64,000 nt of DNA from Gammaproteobacteria bacterium (lineage in GTDB: Bacteria > Pseudomonadota > Gammaproteobacteria > Arenicellales > JAJDZL01), in the NCBI GenBank assembly GCA_022823405.1, contig JAJDXD010000095.1, forward strand, positions 4,809 through 68,808, read 5' to 3'. Below, in pieces: positions 1 to 11,462 of the stretch; the stretch's first letter is position 1, and each line of letters opens with the position of its first letter. The notes below the pieces were generated by a model. It was not told the origin of the DNA. It made no database searches and worked only from the letters and a program-made list of their open reading frames with translations. The position numbers and the translations under genes are program-made.

Positions 1-633
1 GTAGGTTTGTCTTCTCAAGCCACCAAGCGGCATTTCTGAATCGAGCAACAGCTGAGCACTGACTCTGCCAAGAGCTACAATGACTTTTGGCTGAATCAGT
101 TCGATTTGTCTGCTTAAGTAAGGAGTACAGGCTTTGGCTTCGATGGGTAGAGGATCGCGATTTTGAGGTGGTCTGCACTTTACGATATTACAGATGTATA
201 CTGCATCCCGATTCAAGCCAAGCGCTGCAATCATGGACGTAAGAAGCTGACCGGCCTTCCCCACAAATGGCAAGCCCTGCTTGTCTTCTTCCGCCCCCGG
301 TCCTTCACCGATAAACATCAGATCCGCCGATTCAGAACCAGAACCAAATACAACGTTGGTACGTTCTTTGCTCAGCGTACAGAGTCTGCAAGTTGATGCA
401 ATGTTTGCTACCTCTCCCAAACTCAATTCAGCTAATGAATTCAATGCAGGAATTGATGGAGTTGCCGCAACGACTTGCGAATCTTCTGCATTTGCATGAT
501 CGAAAGTTATAGATGGCTGTTCTGCAGACTCCTTCAACTCAGAGTCTGCATCACTTTGTTGCGATTCCCCGCGTTGTGAGCGAAGTCTGTAAACCTCAAT
601 TCCCATCGCACTCAGAAACGCATCTTTTGACAT
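1..633 (-). CDS. udg: Family 4 (Fe-S) uracil-DNA glycosylase, 3' end runs off the window
   Basis: Not in the ORF track (no stop inside the window). Manual translation from ATG at 633: [17 protein letters not shown]...[50 protein letters not shown]...[14 protein letters not shown]...ACTPYL; the GEGPG, PFVG and KCRPP motifs and Cys ligands match family 4 UDG. Confidence 0.92.
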   Translation of the reverse strand, partial: MSKDAFLSAMGIEVYRLRSQRGESQQSDADSELKESAEQPSITFDHANAEDSQVVAATPSIPALNSLAELSLGEVANIASTCRLCTLSKERTNVVFGSGSESADLMFIGEGPGAEEDKQGLPFVGKAGQLLTSMIAALGLNRDAVYICNIVKCRPPQNRDPLPIEAKACTPYLSRQIELIQPKVIVALGRVSAQLLLDSEMPLGGLRRQTY

Positions 634-643
634 CAATTGCAAC

Positions 644-2188
644 TCAAATCATGGAACCCGTTTGTGGATGTGGGCGCTCAGAAGTTTCGAGGCGATTCAA
701 TGCATTGATGTATGCTTTTACGGATGCAATAACAATATCGGTGTCGGCACCGTGGCCGTTAACGACGCGACCATTCTCCCTGAGTCGTACGCTCACTTCA
801 CCTTGTGCGTCGGTTCCACCGGTTATGCTGTTTACAGAATAAAGTTCAAGTTCAGGAGCGCGATCGATCACTGAAGCAACTGCTCTGAACGAGGCATCAA
901 CCGGTCCGTTGCCATCTGCTGTAGCATTGACCAGTTCACCATCCCACTTCACAGCCAAGAGTGCTGTAGAATTTTCCCTAGTACTTGAACTGACCTGCAA
1001 ACTCTCAAGCTCGAGTCTGTCACCGACTTGCTGTCCACTCGAGCCGACCTGTAATCCGATCAGATCATCATCAAATATTTCGTGCTTACGATCAGCAAGG
1101 TCCTTAAACCGGTCAAAAGCAATCTGCAATTCCTGATCAGAATGAAACTCAAATCCAAGTTCATTCATTCTCTGTTGAAACGCATGACGACCGGAGTGTT
1201 TGCCGAGCACCATTCGGTTAGTTGACCAGCCAACATCCTCAGCACGCATGATTTCATACGTTTCTCTTTTTTTTATCACACCATCCTGGTGAATGCCTGA
1301 CTCGTGTGCAAAAGCGTTTGCACCTACAATCGCTTTGTTAGGCTGCACAGGAAATCCCGTAACTGTTGAAACAAGACGACTTGCAGGAACAATCTGAGTG
1401 GTATCAATGTTGGTATCACAGCCAAAAAGATCCTGGCGAGTTCTGACTGCCATCACTATTTCCTCAAGTGATGCGTTACCCGCGCGTTCGCCAAGGCCGT
1501 TGATCGTGCATTCAACCTGACGAGCACCTTTCTGAACAGCAGCTAGTGAGTTGGCCACAGCTACACCCAAATCATTGTGGCAGTGAACTGAAAAAATTGC
1601 CTTGTCTGAATTGGGAATTTTTTCCATCAGCAATTCGATCGTTCGAGCAAACTGTGTAGGCATGTTGTATCCGACAGTGTCTGGAATATTGATCGTACGC
1701 GCACCTGCGTCAATCGTTGCCTCAATAATTCTGCAAAGAAAATCCAACTCTGAACGACCGGCGTCTTCAGGGGAAAATTCCACATCATCGGTGTAATTTC
1801 GAGCCCGTTTGACCGACCAGACCGCGCGCTCCAGCACCTGATCTTCGTTCATTCTGAGCTTTTCTTTCATATGAATCGGAGAAGTCGCAATAAACGTATG
1901 TATGCGCTTCGATTTAGCAGGTTTTACCGCTTCCGCTGCCCGGTCCAAATCACCTTCAACTGCCCTAGCTAGTGCACAAACGGTACTCTCGGTAATTTCG
2001 CGGGCAACTTGCTTTACAGCCTGGAAATCTCCGGGACTTGCTGCCGGAAATCCTGCTTCAATAACATCAACCCGCATCTTTTCCAATAACTTGGCAATCG
2101 CGAGTTTTTCTTCTGCATTCATTGACGCACCGGGACTCTGTTCCCCGTCGCGTAACGTAGTATCAAATATGATCAATCGATCCGACAT
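644..2188 (-). CDS. leuA: 2-isopropylmalate synthase
   Basis: [28 protein letters not shown] and a C-terminal regulatory domain; 514 aa. Confidence 0.98.
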   Translation of the reverse strand: MSDRLIIFDTTLRDGEQSPGASMNAEEKLAIAKLLEKMRVDVIEAGFPAASPGDFQAVKQVAREITESTVCALARAVEGDLDRAAEAVKPAKSKRIHTFIATSPIHMKEKLRMNEDQVLERAVWSVKRARNYTDDVEFSPEDAGRSELDFLCRIIEATIDAGARTINIPDTVGYNMPTQFARTIELLMEKIPNSDKAIFSVHCHNDLGVAVANSLAAVQKGARQVECTINGLGERAGNASLEEIVMAVRTRQDLFGCDTNIDTTQIVPASRLVSTVTGFPVQPNKAIVGANAFAHESGIHQDGVIKKRETYEIMRAEDVGWSTNRMVLGKHSGRHAFQQRMNELGFEFHSDQELQIAFDRFKDLADRKHEIFDDDLIGLQVGSSGQQVGDRLELESLQVSSSTRENSTALLAVKWDGELVNATADGNGPVDASFRAVASVIDRAPELELYSVNSITGGTDAQGEVSVRLRENGRVVNGHGADTDIVIASVKAYINALNRLETSERPHPQTGSMI

Positions 2189-2220
2189 TGTTAATCCTGA
2201 CTAAATGTGAAAATCAAACC

Positions 2221-2252
2221 AAAAACTGTCCACCAAACACGCTGGCTGGTGA
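2221..2252 (-). terminator. Weak putative attenuator terminator in the leuA leader
   Basis: Minus strand CACCAG-ccagcgtgt-TTGGTG stem (one G-U) followed by gacagTTTTT; lies between the leader peptide and leuA. Confidence 0.3.
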
Positions 2253-2294
2253 ATTCATCATTAGGGGGTATTTTTGAAAAAAGAGAGACCGCGC

Positions 2295-2363
2295 CTATAG
2301 GCGCAGCAGAAGCAGCCTGCTTGAGACTTGAATGGCGGAGAATTTAGTGGTTACGTTCGACAT
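2295..2363 (-). CDS. Putative leu leader peptide MSNVTTKFSAIQVSSRLLLLRL
   Basis: 22-codon ORF with CTG CTT CTG CTG CGC CTA just before the stop, ~105 bp upstream of leuA; the stop lies in the palindrome GCGCCTATAGGCGC. Confidence 0.7.
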   Translation of the reverse strand: MSNVTTKFSAIQVSSRLLLLRL

Positions 2364-2373
2364 TTGCACGAGA

Positions 2374-2402
2374 TTTATACATCATCGGGCAATGCAATGC
2401 AA
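2374..2402 (-). promoter_or_regulatory. Putative sigma70 promoter for leader peptide/leuA
   Basis: TTGCAT-N17-TATAAA on the minus strand, ending 10 bp before the leader ATG. Confidence 0.5.
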
Positions 2403-2444
2403 ATATTTTGAACTTTGAAACTTCATTGCGCCCGAAAGTTGTGC

Positions 2445-3245
2445 TTACTGGCCATCGCCAGACTTTTCGCGTCTTGCCCGAGCCAGAACGCGCTGACTCT
2501 TTCTGCCAGTTGATCCAAATATCCAAATTACAGGACCGCTCAGCAGGTAAACCAGAAACAAAACAAACAGCACTCTGGGCGGATCGAATGATATCAAAAC
2601 TATACCAACCACCATCAGAATACTGGTAACAAAAGGCACCCGTCCCCTAACACCAAAGTTCTTAAAACTGAGATATGGCACCGCACTCACCATGCAAAGT
2701 GCCAGAACAAACAAAATGGCTGTCGTCATTTCAGCAACGAATTCAAGGTCCCTTCCCCATCCGGTTTCTATGACCCACAACCAGCTTATCAAAAATGCCG
2801 CTGCCATAGGACAAGGCAGCCCTTGGAAATAGTTTGGGTTCTTTGCGGACTGTGTGTTAAAGCGAGCTAAACGCAATGCAGTGGCAGATGTGTAAAGAAA
2901 TGCACAAAGCCAGCCAATTTTTCCTAGATCTGAAACTGTCCACTCGAAAACAACTAATGCCGGCGCCAGTCCGAAACTGATTACATCGGCCAGACTGTCA
3001 TACTCTTTTCCAAAATCACTGGTCGTGTTGGTCAGTCGGGCAACCCTGCCATCAAGACCATCCAGCACCGTGGCAATCAGAATGGCAATCGCAGCAAATT
3101 CAAATTTTCCCTGAGTAGCCTGAATTATTGCAAAGAATCCAAAGAACAGCGCACCTGTTGTCAACAGGTTTGGCAGCACGTAGATTCCGCGGCGCCTTCT
3201 CGGGTTCTTTCTTCCGGTTGTAGATTTTTTGGTTTCCAACTGCAT
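2445..3245 (-). CDS. pssA: CDP-diacylglycerol--serine O-phosphatidyltransferase
   Basis: CDP-alcohol phosphotransferase motif DGLDGRVAR...FGKEYDSLAD; next to psd. Confidence 0.96.
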   Translation of the reverse strand: MQLETKKSTTGRKNPRRRRGIYVLPNLLTTGALFFGFFAIIQATQGKFEFAAIAILIATVLDGLDGRVARLTNTTSDFGKEYDSLADVISFGLAPALVVFEWTVSDLGKIGWLCAFLYTSATALRLARFNTQSAKNPNYFQGLPCPMAAAFLISWLWVIETGWGRDLEFVAEMTTAILFVLALCMVSAVPYLSFKNFGVRGRVPFVTSILMVVGIVLISFDPPRVLFVLFLVYLLSGPVIWIFGSTGRKSQRVLARARREKSGDGQ

Positions 3246-3354
3246 GAGTAGGTTCCTAGACCACTAGTTAGAAATTGTAACCGCTATTCCAAAACGAATC
3301 TGAAATTTGCCAAAATTTGTGAAATGCAACAGTGAGATTGATGTGATTTCAGAT

Positions 3355-3981
3355 TCAGGACTTTGACCCGATGACATCAGCGCCACCTCGCACTGAATCC
3401 CCAATGCTGACATTTACCTGATATTCAGGTGGAAGAAATAACTCTACACGGGAACCGAAACGAATGAATCCGTACTTCTGTCCCTTTTGAACCTGGTCAC
3501 CGGTGTCAACATAGCAGAGAATCCGTCGGGCAATGAGTCCAGCAATTTGAATACAGGTGATCTCATGCGAGTCAGAGTCGCGAATGACAATCGAATTACG
3601 TTCGTTTTCCTCAGCAGATTTATCAACCGCTGCATTTAAAAATTTACCTGCACGATACTCTTTCTTGATGATGGTCCCAGCAATGGGAATTCGATTCGAA
3701 TGAACCGAAAATACATTCAGAAAAATAGCTATTCGAGTGGCAGAATTACCACTGATTGGATCAATGGCTTCACCGACAGCGACGACTTTGCCATCCGCGG
3801 GGGAAACCACAAGGTTATCGTCTGCTGGAACGTCTCGCGTTGGTTCTCGAAAGAACTGCAGTACGAATACAGCAATCAGCCAAAAAGGAATTGACCAGTA
3901 TCCACCTGCAAAGAAATATACTGCCAGCGCTGCGAGGACAGCCGCAGCCGTAAATGGATACCCTTCGCGGGCGAGGCGCAT
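3355..3981 (-). CDS. psd: Phosphatidylserine decarboxylase (short type)
   Basis: VSPADG, HSNRIP, QIAGLIARRI and the RFGSRV self-cleavage motif. Confidence 0.95.
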   Translation of the reverse strand: MRLAREGYPFTAAAVLAALAVYFFAGGYWSIPFWLIAVFVLQFFREPTRDVPADDNLVVSPADGKVVAVGEAIDPISGNSATRIAIFLNVFSVHSNRIPIAGTIIKKEYRAGKFLNAAVDKSAEENERNSIVIRDSDSHEITCIQIAGLIARRILCYVDTGDQVQKGQKYGFIRFGSRVELFLPPEYQVNVSIGDSVRGGADVIGSKS

Positions 3982-3986
3982 GAAGG

Positions 3987-5015
<1,029 letters not shown>

Positions 5016-5020
5016 TTATT

Positions 5021-5548
5021 TCAATTGCTTTTTTTTGATTTATGACCATTGAGACTCAAGGAGCTTTCGCCTCTGGCAATGCCTGATACACCGGAGCGAA
5101 CCAATTCCAGAATCTCAGTAACCTTCAAAGTTTCAACAAAGGCATCCAATTTGGAACACTCTCCGGTAAGTTCGATGATATAGATTGATTCGGTTACGTC
5201 GATGATCCGTCCCCGAAATATTTCAGCCAGGCGTTTCACCTCATCTCGCAAATCGCCCGTCGCTCTTACTTTAACCATCATCAACTCACGTTCTATGTGA
5301 TTTCGATCAGCCAGATTGAGAACCTTGACGACTTCAATCAGTTTGTTGAGCTGTTTGGTGATCTGTTCGATGACACTTTCAGAACCTGTGGTGACGATCG
5401 TCATACGAGAAAGTGACGGATCGTCAGTTGGTGCAACTGTCAATGTCTCAATGTTGTAACCCCGCGCGGAAAACAGTCCGGCTACTCTGGATAAAGCACC
5501 TGACTCATTCTCCAAGAGCACGGAAATAATATGGCGATTCTCCTCCAC
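5021..5548 (-). CDS. ilvH: Acetolactate synthase small subunit
   Basis: RHIISVLLENESGALSRVAGLFSARGYNIE ACT domain; GTG start abuts the ilvI stop. Confidence 0.96.
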   Translation of the reverse strand: MEENRHIISVLLENESGALSRVAGLFSARGYNIETLTVAPTDDPSLSRMTIVTTGSESVIEQITKQLNKLIEVVKVLNLADRNHIERELMMVKVRATGDLRDEVKRLAEIFRGRIIDVTESIYIIELTGECSKLDAFVETLKVTEILELVRSGVSGIARGESSLSLNGHKSKKSN

Positions 5549-7291
5549 TTAGGCCAGCTCCCGTTCCTGTGGTGCGGGTTCCTCTGATTCCGCCTTCGGA
5601 CTTAAGTGCATCTCGTTATGGCCGCTTCCAGCAGCGATCATGGGGTAGACATTTTCTTCCTGATCCGTGATAAAGTCCATGAACACGAGGTCTTTTTTCC
5701 TCTTCATCGTCTCTCGCAATGCACCCTCAACATCCGCGGGATCATCAATACGAACGCCATCATGACCAAAACTTTTCGCCAGTGCAACGAAATCCGGTAA
5801 GGCATCCATGTATGAATGCGAATATCGGCGATCGTAAAAGAATTCCTGCCATTGCCTCACCATCCCCATATAACGATTATTCAGGTTGATGATTTTGATA
5901 GGAATATCGTACTGCTTACAGGTTGACAGCTCTTGAATGCACATGATGATGCTTGCTTCACCCGTGACACATACAACATCCGATTCCGGATAAGCCAAAT
6001 GCACGCCCATCGCTGCAGGCAGACCAAATCCCATCGTTCCCAGCCCACCAGAGTTCACCCACCTTCGCGGAGTATCGAAGCGATAAAACTGGGCTGCCCA
6101 CATCTGATGCTGTCCCACGTCAGATGTCACAAAAGCCTCACCATTGGTCACTTCATAAAGTTTTTCAAGCACATACTGTGGCTTGATTTTGCTGCTATTG
6201 CGATCGTATGACAGACTGTCAACCGAGCGCCAGGAATTGATCTGATTCCACCACGCTTTGAGTGCGTCGTAGTTTGGCTCCAGTTTCAACTTTTCAATGG
6301 TCGCCACCAGGTCCGCCAACACAAGTTTTGCGTCACCGACGATTGGGACTTCAACCTTAACATTCTTTCCAATTGAGGCCGGATCAATGTCAACATGAAT
6401 AATCTTCGCATAGGGTGCAAACTTATTTAGATCACCCGTGATTCGATCATCAAATCGAGCACCCACCGCCAACATCACATCACAGTCATGCATCGCCATA
6501 TTTGCTTCATAGGTCCCATGCATACCCAACATGCCAATGAACAGCGGATCATTGGCCGGAAAGCAGCCAAGACCCATCAGCGTATTCGTACACGGGTAAT
6601 CAAGCCGACGAACCAAACTGCGAAGTTCCTGTTCACCACCAGCAGTTGTAACGCCTCCACCGGTATAAATAATCGGACGCTTTGCGGATAAGAGCAGCTT
6701 GGCAGCTTTCTTTATCTGTCCCGAATGTCCTCGCAATGTGGGGTTGTAGGAACGCATTGAAACAGTCTCGGGATAGTGGTACTCAGCTAATGCTGCAGTC
6801 ACATCCTTGGGAATGTCGACCATCACCGGGCCTGGCTTGCCAGAGTTGGCAATGTAAAACGCCTTCTTGATGGTCAATGCAAGATCATTGACATCTCGCA
6901 CCAGAAAATTGTGTTTTACACAAGGTCGTGATACACCAAGTGCATCGACCTCCTGAAAGGCATCATCACCGATCAGGTGAGAAGGAACCTGGCCTGAAAT
7001 GACCACCATCGGAATCGAGTCCATGTATGCTGTTGCAATACCTGTGATGGTATTGGTTACACCAGGACCGGAAGTTACAAGTACAACGCCAGGTTCACCG
7101 GTTACACGAGCGTAACCGTCAGCTGCGTGGGAAGCACCCTGTTCGTGTCGCACAAGAATGTGACGAACCTCATCTTGTCTATACAGGGCATCGTAAATGT
7201 GCAGTGCTGCACCACCTGGGTATCCAAAAATGTACTTGACACCTTCATCTCGCAGGCAACGCACCAGAATATCTGCGCCTGTTAACTCCAT
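5549..7291 (-). CDS. ilvI: Acetolactate synthase large subunit
   Basis: FGYPGG, RHEQG, TSGPG, SDVGQHQMW, GGLGTMGFG. Confidence 0.97.
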   Translation of the reverse strand: MELTGADILVRCLRDEGVKYIFGYPGGAALHIYDALYRQDEVRHILVRHEQGASHAADGYARVTGEPGVVLVTSGPGVTNTITGIATAYMDSIPMVVISGQVPSHLIGDDAFQEVDALGVSRPCVKHNFLVRDVNDLALTIKKAFYIANSGKPGPVMVDIPKDVTAALAEYHYPETVSMRSYNPTLRGHSGQIKKAAKLLLSAKRPIIYTGGGVTTAGGEQELRSLVRRLDYPCTNTLMGLGCFPANDPLFIGMLGMHGTYEANMAMHDCDVMLAVGARFDDRITGDLNKFAPYAKIIHVDIDPASIGKNVKVEVPIVGDAKLVLADLVATIEKLKLEPNYDALKAWWNQINSWRSVDSLSYDRNSSKIKPQYVLEKLYEVTNGEAFVTSDVGQHQMWAAQFYRFDTPRRWVNSGGLGTMGFGLPAAMGVHLAYPESDVVCVTGEASIIMCIQELSTCKQYDIPIKIINLNNRYMGMVRQWQEFFYDRRYSHSYMDALPDFVALAKSFGHDGVRIDDPADVEGALRETMKRKKDLVFMDFITDQEENVYPMIAAGSGHNEMHLSPKAESEEPAPQERELA

Positions 7292-7471
7292 GGCCTGATT
7301 CCTCTTTATTGACCGGCTACCACATTTCCGGCTAGTTGATTGAATTAATTTTAATGAAACAAAGGATTATAGTGAGTGTGCAATGCAACATTGTAAATTC
7401 TTGTAATGCTTAATGTCACATGTCCGGTCAATCCCAGTTGATCTGGCTACCTATGTGCCTGTCGATCCGCT

Positions 7472-8881
7472 TCACAGTTTTCGCCACGTACTGGTACCGT
7501 CTGGACGATCCTCAAGTTCCACACCAAGAGCAGTCAGCTGTTGCCTTAACTCATCTGCGACCTGCCACTGTTTATTGCGGCGCGCTTCTTCGCGCTGAAG
7601 TACCAGCTCCCTAATACCAGCGGAATTCACAGAGAGTTCAACGCCCAAAAACCTGGATGCATTCATACACCCAATGCCCAAAGCACCGTTTAGAATCGAA
7701 AGCGTTTGGTACAGGCTCCCAGCTGTTGCTCCTGATTCAGTGTCTATCGCACGATTAAGGTCTCTGACGCAGTCAAAAATTACGGCCAACGCGTCCGGCG
7801 TATTGAAGTCGTCATCCATAACCGCCTGAAATCTTAAAAGATATTCATCATTCAATTGACTGGACGGTGAAATTCCGGATTGCTCGAACTTGCGAATTGC
7901 CAGGTAAATTCGCCGTAATGCAACGGTCGCATTTTTCAGTGAACTATCACTGTAGTTGAGTGGACTTCGATAATGACACATGAGGAAGATGAAGCGCAGA
8001 ACTTCACCCATTCTCACCGGATCCGTATCTTGAGCCAGAATTTCACGAATGGTCAGAAAATTGTGCAAAGACTTGGACATTTTTTCCGAATTCACTTCCA
8101 GATATCCGTTGTGCATCCAGACATTGACAAAGGTTTGATCAGTCGCTGCTTCAGATTGCGCAATTTCGTTTTCGTGATGCGGAAATAGCAGATCTCTGCC
8201 ACCTCCATGGATATCGAAGTGGCTACCCAGCAAACTGGTTGACATGGCCGAACATTCAATGTGCCATCCGGGCCTACCCTGTCCCCAAGGTGAATTCCAG
8301 CTTGGCTCACCCGGCTTGGAGCCTTTCCACAGCACAAAGTCCACTGGATCATTCTTCATTTCGTCGGGTGCAATTCGCGCTCCTACCACCAGATCATCGA
8401 GACGCGTTCCGGATAGTTTGCCATAGCCCTTGAATTGACGAGTACGGTAGTAAACATCGCCGTTTTCAGCCGGATATGCATAGCCGCGTTCAATCAACTC
8501 CGAAATCATCTCAATAATTTTCGGAATAAATTCGGTTGCACGAGGCTCATGATCAGGCTTGACTACGAATAGCGCATCGAGGTCTTCGTTCATGTACCGG
8601 ATGTATCGATCTGTCAGTGATTCGGTTGATACACCCAACTCGTTTGCACGATTTATGATCTTGTCATCAATATCGGTAATGTTGCGTACATAGGTAACCT
8701 CATACCCTCGGTACCGCAGGTAACGCACGATCGCATCAAAACCGACCATCACTCTTGCATGACCTAAATGACAGTAGTCGTAAACGGTCATTCCGCATAC
8801 GTAAATCCGTACGCGATTACCATCAATCGGCTTAAATTCTTCTTTTTGTCCAGTCAGACTGTTGTAGATTTGCAACATCAA
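7472..8881 (-). CDS. cysS: Cysteine--tRNA ligase
   Basis: YVCGMTVYDYCHLGH, WHIECSAM, KMSKS. Confidence 0.98.
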   Translation of the reverse strand: MMLQIYNSLTGQKEEFKPIDGNRVRIYVCGMTVYDYCHLGHARVMVGFDAIVRYLRYRGYEVTYVRNITDIDDKIINRANELGVSTESLTDRYIRYMNEDLDALFVVKPDHEPRATEFIPKIIEMISELIERGYAYPAENGDVYYRTRQFKGYGKLSGTRLDDLVVGARIAPDEMKNDPVDFVLWKGSKPGEPSWNSPWGQGRPGWHIECSAMSTSLLGSHFDIHGGGRDLLFPHHENEIAQSEAATDQTFVNVWMHNGYLEVNSEKMSKSLHNFLTIREILAQDTDPVRMGEVLRFIFLMCHYRSPLNYSDSSLKNATVALRRIYLAIRKFEQSGISPSSQLNDEYLLRFQAVMDDDFNTPDALAVIFDCVRDLNRAIDTESGATAGSLYQTLSILNGALGIGCMNASRFLGVELSVNSAGIRELVLQREEARRNKQWQVADELRQQLTALGVELEDRPDGTSTWRKL

Positions 8882-9116
8882 ACTGCTGAAATTGGTAGGT
8901 TGTATAATGAGCGTTCAATCACCCATAAAACCTGCATATTATAAGAGTCTGGGTTCGTTCATTTACCGTCGATATGGGCTATATGGCTTGAATCTGCAGG
9001 TGCAGTTCTATTCACAGCCACCTTCCAATCGATTGGGTGACTTTGGTTCAATCGTTGACAACTGAACAGATTCACCGATTCGTTATGATGTCACACATTT
9101 TTCAATTTTGAATTGA

Positions 9117-9848
9117 ATGGGCATTTACTTTCTTTCCGATACGCATCTATCTCCAGATCAGCCCGCTGTTTACGATAAGTTTCTTCGCTATCTGCGTTCA
9201 ATTCGTAGAAACGCAGATGAACTCTATATTCTGGGTGATCTCTTTGACTATTGGATTGGGGACGATGGTAGTACATTGCTCGGACACAGTCCTGCAATCG
9301 AGGCGCTAGCTGAATTGTCTGATGCCGGTGTGCAAGTTTCAGTGATGCACGGCAATCGGGATTTTTTAATCGGGCCTGAATTTATCGCAGAAATTGGAGG
9401 GACATTGATTCCAGACCCCACCACCATCGAACTGAACGGTCAATCAGTTTTGCTGATGCATGGAGACAGCCTTTGCACTGATGATGTTGAGCATCAGCGT
9501 TATAGAGAAGTCGTTCTGTCTCCCCAATGGCAAGAATCAGTTCTTGAGTTGCCCGTTTCAGAACGCCTCAATCGGGCACTTGACATGCGTGCTGCAAGTG
9601 AGAAGAATAAACAGGTTAAGAGTCAAAGCCTGATGGATGTAAACCAGCAGTCGGTACTGCAAACCATGAAGCAGTTTGGCGTGAGAATTCTAATTCACGG
9701 CCACACTCACCGACCACAAATTCACCATTTTGAGATTGACGGCTGCGAAGCAACGCGGTACGTGTTGGGGGACTGGGGACGAAATAATGATGCAGTGATT
9801 GTGGTTAACTCAGAGGGAGCCATTAACCTACATCACGCGGAGATTTGA
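9117..9848 (+). CDS. lpxH: UDP-2,3-diacylglucosamine diphosphatase
   Basis: SDTHL, GDLFD, HGNRDF, HGD, HGHTH metallophosphoesterase motifs; divergent from cysS. Confidence 0.93.
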   Translation: MGIYFLSDTHLSPDQPAVYDKFLRYLRSIRRNADELYILGDLFDYWIGDDGSTLLGHSPAIEALAELSDAGVQVSVMHGNRDFLIGPEFIAEIGGTLIPDPTTIELNGQSVLLMHGDSLCTDDVEHQRYREVVLSPQWQESVLELPVSERLNRALDMRAASEKNKQVKSQSLMDVNQQSVLQTMKQFGVRILIHGHTHRPQIHHFEIDGCEATRYVLGDWGRNNDAVIVVNSEGAINLHHAEI

Positions 9849-9858
9849 GACTTTCTCC

Positions 9859-11385
9859 TTAACCGGATTCGGCCAATTCTGCCGTCTCGTACAACAGTGA
9901 GTTCTGATCGGACCCGCGTGCCTGATCGTTTCTCTTTTCGTTGAGTTCTAACAAAAAGTTTTTCGATACATCGCCCGTCACATACTCACCGTTAAACACT
10001 GATGTTTCAAATTCCACCACATCGGAGTTTGTGGTCAGCACAGAGGCAATCAAATCATCCAAACGCTGATAGAGGACATAGTCAGCACCGATCTGTTCGC
10101 AAATTTGTTCATAGGTGCGATTCGTTGCAATCAATTCTTCAGGGCTTGGAATATCAATGCCATAAACATTTGGATAACGAATCGGTGGGGCGGCAGAAGC
10201 AAGGTAAACCGATTTAGCACCGGCCTCCCGCGCCCGTTTGACAATCTGCCTTGCAGTCGTGCCACGTACGATTGAATCATCGACAAGCAGAACATTTTTG
10301 TTTTCAAACTCAAGATCAATCGCGTTCAATTTGTGACGTACCGAGTATTTTCGCTGTGACTGCCTGGGCATGATGAAAGTACGGGTGAAATATCGGTTCT
10401 TGATAAAGCCTTCACGGTATTTCACGCCAATCGTGTGAGCAAGCTGAATTGCCGCAGCCCGACTGGTATCCGGAATTGGCATGACAACATCAACATCGTG
10501 ATTCGGAAATTTCTCCAAAAATCGCTTACCAAGCCATTCACCCATTCTCAACCGGGTTTTATAAACGGAAATCCTGTCAATCATGGAATCTGGACGCGCC
10601 AAATAGACGTATTCAAATATGCAAGGCGAAGAATGTGCAGTTGAATCGCATTGCTTCGTATGAAGTTTGCCATCGCCATCAACAAAAATCGCTTCACCTG
10701 GTGCAACATCCCGTGCCACATCAAATCCAAGCACATCAAGCGCAACACTCTCTGAGGTAAACGCGAAATCCTGGCCACCGCTGTCTGCATCACGCGTACC
10801 GTATATAAGCGGACGAATTCCATTGCTATCGCGAAAGGCAAGAATCCCGCCGCCCACGATCAACACCGTTACCGCGAAAGCTCCTTTACATCTTTCATAC
10901 ACCTTTTCAACTGCCTTGAACACATGCTCAGGCTTGAGATTGCCGCTGCTTTCGCGCATTGTCGTGGAAAGCTCATAGGCCAGTACGTTCAACATAAGCT
11001 CGGAATCTGAACTGGTATTGATTTGTCGACGATCACCTTGAAAGACCTTCACACCCAATTCGTTTGCATTCGTCAGATTGCCGTTGTGTGCCAGAGCAAT
11101 TCCAAACGGAGAATTAACATAAAAGGGCTGACATTCAGCTTCGGAATTTCCACCTGCAGTTGGATAACGTACATGTCCAATTCCCATATTACCCTTGAAA
11201 TCCAATAGCGAATCTGCTGTAAAGACATCCCGCACCAATCCCTTTGAAGACCGAGAATAGACTCTCTGACCATCACTCGTGACAATGCCGGCAGCGTCCT
11301 GCCCACGGTGCTGTAAAACAGTCAACGCTTCAAAAAGTTCAAAACTACAACGCTCAGCGGATCGAATCGCGACAACGCCACACAT
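9859..11385 (-). CDS. purF: Amidophosphoribosyltransferase
   Basis: N-terminal MCG, QHRGQD, GHVRYPT, PRPP-binding LLVDDSIVRGTT. Confidence 0.98.
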   Translation of the reverse strand: MCGVVAIRSAERCSFELFEALTVLQHRGQDAAGIVTSDGQRVYSRSSKGLVRDVFTADSLLDFKGNMGIGHVRYPTAGGNSEAECQPFYVNSPFGIALAHNGNLTNANELGVKVFQGDRRQINTSSDSELMLNVLAYELSTTMRESSGNLKPEHVFKAVEKVYERCKGAFAVTVLIVGGGILAFRDSNGIRPLIYGTRDADSGGQDFAFTSESVALDVLGFDVARDVAPGEAIFVDGDGKLHTKQCDSTAHSSPCIFEYVYLARPDSMIDRISVYKTRLRMGEWLGKRFLEKFPNHDVDVVMPIPDTSRAAAIQLAHTIGVKYREGFIKNRYFTRTFIMPRQSQRKYSVRHKLNAIDLEFENKNVLLVDDSIVRGTTARQIVKRAREAGAKSVYLASAAPPIRYPNVYGIDIPSPEELIATNRTYEQICEQIGADYVLYQRLDDLIASVLTTNSDVVEFETSVFNGEYVTGDVSKNFLLELNEKRNDQARGSDQNSLLYETAELAESG

Positions 11386-11462
11386 ACTCTAACCTGCCCT
11401 CAATGCTAAACATTGATATTTTTGGATCATGGATTCAGAATCGTAAAGATATTGTAATGGGC

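Noticed and set aside
5530-5551. ilvH start reads GTGGAGGAGAATCGCCAT, as if the G of ATG-CGC-CAT were deleted
   Set aside because: An in-frame GTG with an upstream GGGAG abuts the ilvI stop, so the gene is translatable; the alternative RBS spacing would be too short.
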